From an uncultured Candidatus Saccharibacteria bacterium (GTDB lineage: Bacteria; Patescibacteriota; Minisyncoccia; Phycocordibacterales; XYD1-FULL-46-19), in contig CAZEAY010000003.1 in NCBI GenBank assembly GCA_964510655.1, positions 18,924 through 82,923 on the forward strand: a DNA stretch of 64,000 nt, read 5' to 3'. Below are positions 55,991 through 64,000 of the stretch, piece after piece; within the stretch, counting starts at the first letter, position 1; each line of letters starts with the position of its first letter. Position numbers and translations under genes: made by a program. The notes under the pieces were generated by a model. That model saw nothing but the letters and a program-made list of their open reading frames with translations. It was not told the DNA's origin and did no database searches.

Positions 55991-56144
55991 GGTGTTTTTG
56001 CCACTATCCCCAATTTGAACTAAATTAGCTTGCAAAAAAATACTGATATGTTACAAATGTTAAATTGCCACAGAAAGCAGGGTTTAATCTCTCAATTCTG
56101 AGCTAAAATTAGTAGTGTATTATTAGCTTTAAATAAAATAATAT

Positions 56145-56279
56145 ATGGAAGAAGATGAGATCAAGGGAGGAAGTATCCTTGACGATGACGAGGGTCCAAA
56201 AGAAGACGACCTTGATGAGCTTGATGGCGACGAACTAGATGTCGATCCAGAGCTTTTGGACGGAGAAATAGAAGAGTAA
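56145..56279 (+). CDS. 44-aa hyper-acidic peptide (not in ORF track)
   Basis: MEEDEIKGGSILDDDEGPKEDDLDELDGDELDVDPELLDGEIEE; 23/44 D+E; followed by terminator. Confidence 0.65.
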   Translation: MEEDEIKGGSILDDDEGPKEDDLDELDGDELDVDPELLDGEIEE

Positions 56280-56284
56280 TTAAT

Positions 56285-56318
56285 AAAAAAAACACCCCAC
56301 TTTGGTGGGGTGTTTTTT
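56285..56318. terminator. Bidirectional terminator
   Basis: AAAAAAACACCCCAC-TTTG-GTGGGGTGTTTTTTT. Confidence 0.8.
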
Positions 56319-56323
56319 TATTT

Positions 56324-57517
56324 CTACATAACAATCTTTAAAAATCTCTTTTTACCAACCTTAAGGACTCCACCTTCTTCAAGAATAAAATTCGGATCAG
56401 ATATTTTTTCCTCGTCCATAAAACCAATCGCCCCCTCATCAACAAGACGTCTAAAATCAGTCTTAGACTTCACAATCCCCTGTTCTAACAAAACATCAAC
56501 CAATTTAGAGCCAGCTAAGACTTTAACCTCTTCCACCTCATCAGGAATTTCTTTTTTTTGAAAAGCGGTGACAAAATATTCTTCAGCCTTCTCGGCCGCT
56601 TCCGCACCATGATACATTCGCACAATCTCTTTAGCTAACTGCATTTTAGCGTCACGAGGATTTATTTTCCCAGAAGAAATGCTGTCTTCAATGTCTTTTA
56701 TTTTTTCCATCGAAACATCCGTGCAGAGCAAATAATACTTAGAAATCAATTCATCTCGCATAGACATAATTTTACCTAACATATCATTTGGGGTGTCATT
56801 TAAAGCAATTACATTGCCCCAACTAGAAGACATCTTCCGGCCGTCAGTTCCCTCCAACATTTGAAAAGTCATAATATCTTGCTCTGGTTGACCATAACAT
56901 TTTTGGATAACTCTCCCCGCTTTCATATTAAAGAGTTGGTCAAAACCACCAATCTCGATATCAGCCTTCACCTCCACCGAATCATAACCCTGTAGCAGTG
57001 GGTACAAAAATTCTCGTACTGAAATTTCTTCGCCTTTTTCATAACGGTCCTTAAAATTTCGACGAGTAAGCATCTGTTGGACCGTAAAACTTTCGGCCAG
57101 TTGAGAAATTTCAGCAAAACCTAACTTTTCTAACCATTGGGCATTATGGACAAATTCAACTTTAGACAAATCAACAATCTTACCCAACTGCTCCTTGTAA
57201 CCAGCCATATTTTTTTCAACATCGGCTTTAGTCAACATTGGACGTTTAGCGAGTTTATCAGAAGGGTCACCGATTAAAGCAGTAAAATCACCAATTAGAA
57301 GCACAATCTGATGTCCTAAGTCTTGAAGGGCCTTCAATTTACGTAAAGGTACCGCCCGACCCAAATGGACATTTGGACTTGTAGGATCAACACCAAACTT
57401 AATCCGCAACTGTTGGCCAGATAAAAGTTTAGACTTTAGGGATTGTGCCACAATCACATCCTCCACCCCCCGAGTCATAATTTCTTCAATTTTTTTAGGG
57501 TCAGTATCTATTTTCAT
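56324..57517 (-). CDS. tyrS: Tyrosine--tRNA ligase
   Basis: KFGVDPT....HLG, IGDPS, YPLLQGYD, GG.DQ.FN, KMSSS, S4-like C-terminus; start re-placed. Confidence 0.97.
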   Translation of the reverse strand: MKIDTDPKKIEEIMTRGVEDVIVAQSLKSKLLSGQQLRIKFGVDPTSPNVHLGRAVPLRKLKALQDLGHQIVLLIGDFTALIGDPSDKLAKRPMLTKADVEKNMAGYKEQLGKIVDLSKVEFVHNAQWLEKLGFAEISQLAESFTVQQMLTRRNFKDRYEKGEEISVREFLYPLLQGYDSVEVKADIEIGGFDQLFNMKAGRVIQKCYGQPEQDIMTFQMLEGTDGRKMSSSWGNVIALNDTPNDMLGKIMSMRDELISKYYLLCTDVSMEKIKDIEDSISSGKINPRDAKMQLAKEIVRMYHGAEAAEKAEEYFVTAFQKKEIPDEVEEVKVLAGSKLVDVLLEQGIVKSKTDFRRLVDEGAIGFMDEEKISDPNFILEEGGVLKVGKKRFLKIVM

Positions 57518-57633
57518 ATTAATCATAAGTATAGGGCAAACCAAAGAGAAATCAAAATTATAAACAACGACAATAAACTCCACAGCAGGACACAAAATAG
57601 CATTTTACACCAGCTGTGCTAAGATTATTTTAT

Positions 57634-60111
57634 ATGATTAAAAACAAAAATTACCACCCAATCATCAAGGGTATTTTTATTATTTTAATTGGTTTTTTCA
57701 TCTTTTCTGGCTTTTCTGTTGTTTGGGCAATCTCTTTACCAATTCCTGATTTCAACAACTACTTTATTGACCTTAGTAAGGCTGAGCCAACCAAAATTTA
57801 TGACCGAACTGGCAAAGTAATGCTCTACAATATGAGTGGTTTGGTTCGTCGCACCCAGGTATCCCTGCCTCAAATTTCAAAATATATTAAGGCGGGTACA
57901 GTGGCAATTGAGGACGATACTTTCTACACCCATAAAGGGGTTAAACCAACCTCTATTGCTCGCGCTTTATGGGTAGATATTACTTCCGGTTCCAAAAAGC
58001 AAGGCGCTTCTACCATTACCCAACAGGTAGTCAAAAACACTCTTTTAACCAACGAAAAAACTATCACCCGTAAGATAAAAGAAATTGTTTTAGCGGTAAA
58101 AATGGAGCAAGAGATGACCAAGGACCAGATTTTGGAACTTTATCTAAACCAGATCCCCTATGGTGGAAATATGTATGGGGTAGAAGAAGCATCAAACACT
58201 TTTTTCAAAAAACATGCGAGTGAATTAACCTTAGCCGAATCGGCTTATTTAGCAGCTATTCCTCAGGCCCCAACCACCTATTCCCCCTACGGACAACATC
58301 GCGATCTCTTAGACGCTCGCAAAAATCTAGTATTAGACCGTATGGCCTCCCTTGGCTATGTCAGTAAAGAAGAGGCTGCCCGAGCAAAAAAAGACAAGGT
58401 AGTGTTTGCTCCAGTAGAATTTCACGGTATAAATGCTCCTCATTTTGTCTTCTTTGTTAAAGAATATTTAGAAGAAAAATATGGTGGAGCCACTCAAGTA
58501 GAAAAAATGGGCTTAAAAGTTACCACCACTCTTGATTATCCAACCGAACTAAAAGCTGAGGAAATTGTTAAAAAATACGGCACAGAAAATGAGAAAAACT
58601 TTAATGCTAAAAATGCTGCCTTAGTTGCCATTGACCCAAAAACTGGACAAATTTTAGCCATGGTTGGTTCCCGTGATTATTTTGACATGAAAAATGAGGG
58701 GAATTTCAATGTTGCCCTCGCTCATCGTCAACCAGGTTCCTCCTTCAAACCTTTTGTCTATGCTGCCGCCTTCAATCAAGGATACACCCCAAACACGGTA
58801 TTATTTGACCTGCCAACAGAATTTAACCCAAGTTGTCCACCTACTGACTCTACAAATAAAGCTAAGGAGTGTTATATGCCGGTTAACTATGATGCCAAGT
58901 ACCTTGGACCAATGTCTCTTCGTAATGCTCTAGCTCAATCCCGCAACATTCCTGCCGTTAAACTCCTTTATTTAGTGGGAGTAGATAATGCCCTAACAAT
59001 GGCCAAAAATATGGGTATCACTAGTTTAAAAGATAAAAACACCTACGGATTAACACTTGTTTTAGGAGGTGGAGAAGTTTCTCTTCTAGAAATGACTAGT
59101 GCTTATGGGGTTTTTGCGAATGATGGTGTTAGAGTTCCTTACACTGGAATTTTAAAAGTAGAAGATGCTAAAGGAAATGTTTTAGAGGAATACAAACAAA
59201 CCGGTGAAAGAATTTTACCAGAAAATACCGCTCGTGAAATTTCTAGTATTCTTTCTGACAACGTCGCTCGTACCCCCGCCTATGGTGCCAACTCACCACT
59301 CTACATTCCAGGACGTGATATGGCCGCCAAAACAGGTACAACCAACGATTTCCGTGACACCTGGATTCTTGGTTATACTCCAAACTTAGTCGTTGGTGCT
59401 TGGGCTGGAAACAACGACAATAGCCCAATAGCGAAAAAAGTGGCTGGTATGGTTGTGGCTCCAATGTGGGGAGCCTTCATGCGAGAAACTTTAGCTAATC
59501 TACCAAATGAAAAATTTATTCCACCCGATCCTATTGATCCAAATTTAAAACCAGTTCTACGTGGTATTTGGCAAGGAGGAATTACTAATCAAATTGGTGG
59601 ACTAGAACAAATTACCACAAACGTTCATTCTATTCTTCATTGGGTGAATAAAAACGATCCTTTGGGACCAGTTCCAAGTAACCCAGCCAATGATGGGCAG
59701 TATAAAAACTGGGAATATCCAATTAGAATTTGGGCGGCCAGCAATGGTTATACTGATTCTTCAGTTATTTCTCAACCAATTTCAAACACTGGGACAAGAA
59801 CATCAAATAGTCAGCCTATTGTCTCAATAATTAACCCCCTCCCCCAAGCCTCTTACAAGCCAACAGACAATATTAATGTTCAGTTAAATATTCGCAGTGG
59901 TGATTCACCAATCAAAAAAACTGAATTCTATGTTAATAGAACTCTAATAAACTCATCAAATAATAGTCAAACAAAATTTGATTTTGGTTTAGCTGAACTA
60001 GAAAATGTTAAAGAGACAAACGAATTAACGGTGATTGTTTATGACCAAAAAGGAAACAAGGCAGAGAATACAGTAAACTTCACCGTCGCCACCTCAACTA
60101 ATACCAACTAG
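57634..60111 (+). CDS. Class A penicillin-binding protein with C-terminal Ig-like domain
   Basis: EDDTFY.H.G, GASTITQQ, RKIKE, YLNQI; SSFK, SRN, KTG transpeptidase motifs. Confidence 0.95.
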   Translation: MIKNKNYHPIIKGIFIILIGFFIFSGFSVVWAISLPIPDFNNYFIDLSKAEPTKIYDRTGKVMLYNMSGLVRRTQVSLPQISKYIKAGTVAIEDDTFYTHKGVKPTSIARALWVDITSGSKKQGASTITQQVVKNTLLTNEKTITRKIKEIVLAVKMEQEMTKDQILELYLNQIPYGGNMYGVEEASNTFFKKHASELTLAESAYLAAIPQAPTTYSPYGQHRDLLDARKNLVLDRMASLGYVSKEEAARAKKDKVVFAPVEFHGINAPHFVFFVKEYLEEKYGGATQVEKMGLKVTTTLDYPTELKAEEIVKKYGTENEKNFNAKNAALVAIDPKTGQILAMVGSRDYFDMKNEGNFNVALAHRQPGSSFKPFVYAAAFNQGYTPNTVLFDLPTEFNPSCPPTDSTNKAKECYMPVNYDAKYLGPMSLRNALAQSRNIPAVKLLYLVGVDNALTMAKNMGITSLKDKNTYGLTLVLGGGEVSLLEMTSAYGVFANDGVRVPYTGILKVEDAKGNVLEEYKQTGERILPENTAREISSILSDNVARTPAYGANSPLYIPGRDMAAKTGTTNDFRDTWILGYTPNLVVGAWAGNNDNSPIAKKVAGMVVAPMWGAFMRETLANLPNEKFIPPDPIDPNLKPVLRGIWQGGITNQIGGLEQITTNVHSILHWVNKNDPLGPVPSNPANDGQYKNWEYPIRIWAASNGYTDSSVISQPISNTGTRTSNSQPIVSIINPLPQASYKPTDNINVQLNIRSGDSPIKKTEFYVNRTLINSSNNSQTKFDFGLAELENVKETNELTVIVYDQKGNKAENTVNFTVATSTNTN

Positions 60112-60119
60112 CCACATGA

Positions 60120-60152
60120 TAAAAAACAACGACTGAATAAGTCGTTGTTTTT
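60120..60152. terminator. Bidirectional terminator
   Basis: AAAAAACAACGACT-GAATA-AGTCGTTGTTTTTT. Confidence 0.8.
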
Positions 60153-60409
60153 TATCTTATATCTTGTGGGGCATTCTGTTTTAAAATCTCTTTTAAATCA
60201 CGAAGTATATCCTTTTTATGAATAAAAACTTCTGATTTTAATTTAGTAGAAGTTTTTAAAAAAATAATATTATTACTTAAAGAAATATCTTTTTTTTCTA
60301 AGTTTATCTTAAAACACTTAGAAATAACTTCAATTACTGCTTCTTTTTTTAAGGAGTCAGTAGGAACAAGATTTTTATACTTAGAAAGTAGTTCCTTAAG
60401 GATAATCAT
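60152..60409 (-). CDS. Small protein, possible DciA/DUF721-like
   Basis: Translationally coupled to dnaN; I.L..N..L...S..LK.E.......IL..L...L.....DIR pattern. Confidence 0.5.
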   Translation of the reverse strand: MIILKELLSKYKNLVPTDSLKKEAVIEVISKCFKINLEKKDISLSNNIIFLKTSTKLKSEVFIHKKDILRDLKEILKQNAPQDIR

Positions 60410-61512
60410 TACCGATTGATTGGCATAATAATATATTGAAAGGTAGTATCTCCAATACCAACAATTAAAAGTGGTCGATTTTTTTCATTAAATTTCATCG
60501 CCACAGTATCGGAAGAAATTGACTGAAAACAATCTAGAATATACCGGGCATTAAAACTCATCTCAATATCCTCACCCTCTAATACCGCTTGTAAAGAAAT
60601 AGTATTTTCACCCACATCTTGGTTTTTAGAATTTAATTCAAAAATTTTACTTTGAGGTGAAATTTTAACATTTATTTGGTTAAATTTATCAGAAAAAATA
60701 TTAGACAATTTTAAAGCATTCATTAATTCATCCCGAGAAATAGTAACTTCTGTCTTAAATTTTTTCGGCATTATTTGTCCGTAATCTGGGAAATTACCAT
60801 CAATCACCCTTGAGGTAAAGTGAATATTGTCTGTATAAAAAGAAATTTGGTTTTTATTAGCCTCAATCTTAACTTCTTGATCAAGATTATCAAAAACCTT
60901 AATTATTTCAGCGACATTTTTAAAAGGAATAATTACCGACTGAAAATCTTTATTCTTTTCTCTAATAACCACCCTTTTTTCCGCTAAACGAAAAGAATCC
61001 GTTGCCACAAAAACTAATTCCTTATCATCTTGATAAATATAAACACTTGATATTTCTGGTTTTATATCAGACAAAGAAGCAGAATATAAAACTGACCGCA
61101 AACCAGTAACAATATCTTTTCCATTAAAAGAAAAAGAATTTCCATCTTCCACCCTTGGAATCACTGGAAAATCTTCTGCTGAATAACTTTTTATTAAAGT
61201 CGAGCTAGAACCAGTAGAAATATGAATATTTTCTTTAATTAATTCTAATTTTACTTTATCTTCTTTATTAAGATTACCTAAAAAACCACTTAAAATATTC
61301 GCACTAACAGCCACACTACCATTTTCCGTAATTTTAGCTGGTAACTCTATTTCTAAACCAACATCGAGATTTGTGGCTTTGATTACTAAAGCATTATCTT
61401 TTGCCTCTAAAAGAATTGAACTTAGAATTGGTAAAGATAGATTTTTTCCAGATACCCGCTCAGCGATACCAACAACTTCTTTTAGCTTATCTTTGATCAA
61501 TTCTAATTTCAT
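60409..61512 (-). CDS. dnaN: DNA polymerase III beta clamp
   Basis: LPILS.ILL, ATNL, DFP.IP, VATDSFRLA, SR.IDG.FPDY, FN..Y..D, IMP. Confidence 0.98.
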   Translation of the reverse strand: MKLELIKDKLKEVVGIAERVSGKNLSLPILSSILLEAKDNALVIKATNLDVGLEIELPAKITENGSVAVSANILSGFLGNLNKEDKVKLELIKENIHISTGSSSTLIKSYSAEDFPVIPRVEDGNSFSFNGKDIVTGLRSVLYSASLSDIKPEISSVYIYQDDKELVFVATDSFRLAEKRVVIREKNKDFQSVIIPFKNVAEIIKVFDNLDQEVKIEANKNQISFYTDNIHFTSRVIDGNFPDYGQIMPKKFKTEVTISRDELMNALKLSNIFSDKFNQINVKISPQSKIFELNSKNQDVGENTISLQAVLEGEDIEMSFNARYILDCFQSISSDTVAMKFNEKNRPLLIVGIGDTTFQYIIMPINR

Positions 61513-61765
61513 AGTATTAAATTTATTTTTTTTAAAAGAAGAAAAGTTATTGTTATAGTTGTTGTTGATAAGTGTACAAGTTAAATTTATCCTTATTTTA
61601 CAACTTTTATTGGGATAAATTTTATTTAATAAACTGGGGATAAGATGGGATAAATGAGTATTTTTTAATTTTTAATTTTAAGAGAGTGTTAATTTATCCT
61701 AAATTAATTAACTCCTTATCCTTAGTTTTTTAACAGATCTATCCACAAGTTATCCAGAACTAATT
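61513..61765. other. Probable oriC unwinding region (dnaA-dnaN intergenic)
   Basis: Very AT-rich; degenerate DnaA boxes (CTATCCACA 61739-61747, TTATCCAGA 61750-61758, several TTATCC/GGATAA); trinucleotide array GTTATTGTTATAGTTGTTGTTG next to a box (DnaA-trio-like). Confidence 0.75.
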
Positions 61766-63127
61766 TTAATTATTGTAAAGCAAGACTCTAATTTGATCTA
61801 TTTCCTGGCTAAGTAAGTCGTCACTCTTTATATCCCCTTTTATTTTTTCATAAGCGTGGATAACAGTGGTATGGTCTCTTCCTCCCATTTTTTGTCCGAT
61901 ATAAGGATAAGAAGTATTAAAATCTTCCCGTAAAATATACATAATAATTTGCCTTGGTTTAACAACTTCTTTTCTTCGGCTTTTTTCAAATAACATTTTT
62001 TCTTCAATGTTATAGAAATTGGATATTACACTTATCACTTCTTTAGTAGAGACGGTCTTTTGAGGCTTTATACTGTTCTTAATCAAGAGTTTAACCTCGG
62101 GGACTGTTAAGTTCTTGTTTTTGGCCTGTGATTGGCATATAACCGAATTTAAAGCCCCTTCTAGCTCACGAATACTGTCTTGAACAACAGAAGCTAGATA
62201 TTCTATTACTTCATCGGAGATTTGGAGGTTATTGTTTTTTACCTTAGAACGTAAAATAGCCAAACGAGACTCATAATCTGGTCTAGCCACATCAACAATC
62301 ATCCCCCCCTCAAAACGGGAGCGTAATCTTTCCTCTAGATTTTGGATATATTTTGGTGGTTTATCGGATGAAAAGATAATTTGCTTATTGTTTTCATAAA
62401 AACTATTGAATAAGTGGAAAAGTTCCTCTTGGGTTTTATCTTTGTTTGAGAAAAATTGAACATCATCCATAATAATCACATCATATTTTCGATATTTTTC
62501 CTTAAATTGCCCAACCTTATTGTTTATTACGGAATTTATGTAATCTGTAGAGAAAGTTTCAGAGGTTAAGTAGAAAATTTTCTTATTTTCATTTTGACGC
62601 TTGATATGATTGCCAATTGATTGAATTAAGTGGGTTTTACCCAAACCCGTCCCCCCATAGATGTATAGAGGGTTGTAGTTCATTCCTGGGTTCTTAACAA
62701 CCGCTTGAGCAGCGGCATAAGCAACTTCATTGAAAGGGCCAACAATAAATGATTCAAAGGTATATTTAGGATTTAAATTACTGTCCCTATTTACATATAG
62801 TTCGTTGAGGCCTAATTGATCGGTGGTGGCCATCTTAAGACTTTGTTCTTCAGCTGCTTTAGTTTTGTTTCTGTCTTCTATTTTAGAGATGGTGTACTCC
62901 AAAGCTCTTACCTCAGGAGAAGCATCTCTTAAAGCCTTAAGAATAAATTTATGATATTTGTTTAGTAACCAGTCACGAACAAAGGTGTTTGGGACACTAA
63001 GGTAGACCACCCCTTGATCTTGTTTTGAAATGAAAGTGTTTTTAAACCAGGTTCCGAAACTTGCCTTGGAAATTGTTAACTCTATCTCGGCCAGAGCCAT
63101 GTCCCAAAGTTTTTTGTTTTCTAACAT
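61766..63127 (-). CDS. dnaA: Chromosomal replication initiator DnaA
   Basis: LNPKYTF..F, YNPLYIYG.TGLGKTHL, DDVQF, RL.SRF..G, RELEGAL, GGRDHTTV. Confidence 0.99.
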   Translation of the reverse strand: MLENKKLWDMALAEIELTISKASFGTWFKNTFISKQDQGVVYLSVPNTFVRDWLLNKYHKFILKALRDASPEVRALEYTISKIEDRNKTKAAEEQSLKMATTDQLGLNELYVNRDSNLNPKYTFESFIVGPFNEVAYAAAQAVVKNPGMNYNPLYIYGGTGLGKTHLIQSIGNHIKRQNENKKIFYLTSETFSTDYINSVINNKVGQFKEKYRKYDVIIMDDVQFFSNKDKTQEELFHLFNSFYENNKQIIFSSDKPPKYIQNLEERLRSRFEGGMIVDVARPDYESRLAILRSKVKNNNLQISDEVIEYLASVVQDSIRELEGALNSVICQSQAKNKNLTVPEVKLLIKNSIKPQKTVSTKEVISVISNFYNIEEKMLFEKSRRKEVVKPRQIIMYILREDFNTSYPYIGQKMGGRDHTTVIHAYEKIKGDIKSDDLLSQEIDQIRVLLYNN

Positions 63128-63179
63128 GGTATTTAAAAAAAATTATCTCAGAGTGATTAAAAGTTTCTTAATTATACGC

Positions 63180-63240
63180 TTGGGGATAAGTATATCAATA
63201 TTGCGGGAGTGGTGGATAAGTTGTGGATTACGGTGGATAT
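63180..63240. promoter_or_regulatory. DnaA-box cluster upstream of dnaA
   Basis: TGGGGATAA, GGTGGATAA, TGTGGATTA and GGTGGATAT in the same orientation. Confidence 0.65.
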
Positions 63241-63245
63241 CTCTC

Positions 63246-63340
63246 GCCTTATTATTTGTGGAAGACATATATTTCCTTGTTAGGAAATTATTCACTCTCA
63301 GCGCCTTCGCGCTTCCGAGGGCATCCACAAATAATAAGGC
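63246..63340 (-). repeat. Palindromic multi-hairpin element homologous to 50782-50893
   Basis: 17-bp perfect IR GCCTTATTATTTGTGGA/TCCACAAATAATAAGGC enclosing two hairpins. Confidence 0.7.
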
Positions 63341-63433
63341 TCGTTCTTGCTGTAAAAATCCTTCTTAGGTTGCAGGCGGCTAATTTATTAGATTAACTAT
63401 TGATTTATTGGAAAAACCTGTTATACTATCCAC

Positions 63434-63568
63434 ATGTCATTTACCTATAAACCAAAAAACAGAAAGCGTAATAAAACCCACGGTTTTTTAGTTCGTACTA
63501 AAACTTCTTCTGGTAAAAAAGTAATCGCTCGACGTCGAGCTAAAGGACGAGCCAAGTTGTCTGTCTAA
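63434..63568 (+). CDS. rpmH: 50S ribosomal protein bL34 (not in ORF track)
   Basis: [44 protein letters not shown]; divergent from dnaA. Confidence 0.97.
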   Translation: MSFTYKPKNRKRNKTHGFLVRTKTSSGKKVIARRRAKGRAKLSV

Positions 63569-63593
63569 GACAGGCTTAATTTTAAACACTATT

Positions 63594-63935
63594 ATGCTTC
63601 CTAAAGAAAGGCGCATTTCTCAGGCCCTTTTTACTCAAATTCTAAAGAATGGACGGAGTTTTTATACCCCCTCACTGTCTTTAAGGATTATTAGTAGAAA
63701 AGACCAGCCGAAAAGCGCTTTTTCTTTTGTCATTTCTGCTAAGGAGGTAAAAAATGCCACTGGACGGAATTTTTTAAAGCGCCGAGGTCGTCATGTAATT
63801 AGTAAAAACTCAACTAGTATAAAAGAGGGTTATTTTTGCGCCTTTTTTTTGAAAAAAGAATTATCTACTCTCCCCTTTTCTCTTTTTGAACAAGAAATTT
63901 TAACTGTATTAAAGAAGGCTAATTTGCTAAGATAA
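63594..63935 (+). CDS. rnpA: Ribonuclease P protein component
   Basis: MLPK..R, F.FVIS.K..K.A..RN..KRR.R; follows rpmH. Confidence 0.9.
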   Translation: MLPKERRISQALFTQILKNGRSFYTPSLSLRIISRKDQPKSAFSFVISAKEVKNATGRNFLKRRGRHVISKNSTSIKEGYFCAFFLKKELSTLPFSLFEQEILTVLKKANLLR

Positions 63936-63967
63936 GTTCACTAACTTTAAATTTTAACTAAAACTTT

Positions 63968-64000
63968 ATGTTCCACACTATATTTTATATTCCTCTCTAT
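63968..64000 (+). CDS. Probable 5' end of YidC (truncated by window)
   Basis: MFHTIFYIPLY after rnpA; assigned mainly by conserved gene order. Confidence 0.5.
   Translation, partial: MFHTIFYIPLY

Noticed and set aside
325-63368. Numerous 60-140-aa ORFs nested in or antisense to housekeeping genes
   Set aside because: Shadow frames of well-supported genes, with no independent signals.
1-64000. Alternative genetic code (UGA=Gly, code 25)
   Set aside because: Conserved genes are full length under code 11, and TGA terminates xth and pilM at the expected C-termini.

Overview
AT-rich bacterial chromosome segment (genetic code 11) ending at the replication origin (yidC-rnpA-rpmH / dnaA-oriC-dnaN). 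Most genes lie on the minus strand, which would be the leading strand. Several traits point to a Patescibacteria/CPR genome, probably Parcubacteria (inference): rplK without rplA, homodimeric GlyRS, tandem-type ThyX, short YebC, archaeal-type cytidylate kinase, PilMNO plus two PilB ATPases, and tRNA-Arg(GCG). The window holds about 70 mostly housekeeping genes (translation, repair/recombination, a dTTP-synthesis operon, type IV pilus, cell wall) and 8 tRNAs. No CRISPR array, rRNA or transposase was seen. The most unusual signal is non-coding. (1) Three tRNAs carry 130-290-nt structured 3' trailers, each with an antisense copy and then a sense copy of that tRNA's own T-arm/acceptor sequence; two of them share a covarying core. 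(2) A ~450-nt multi-hairpin region before ruvB has a homologous module in the dnaA upstream region. (3) The yqgF AUG directly abuts the CCA of tRNA-Ser. (4) Two small inverted-repeat elements sit at start codons: a promoter-carrying MITE and a GIY-YIG mini-element. (5) Housekeeping genes look leaderless, whereas GC-richer orphan cassettes carry strong Shine-Dalgarno (SD) sites.
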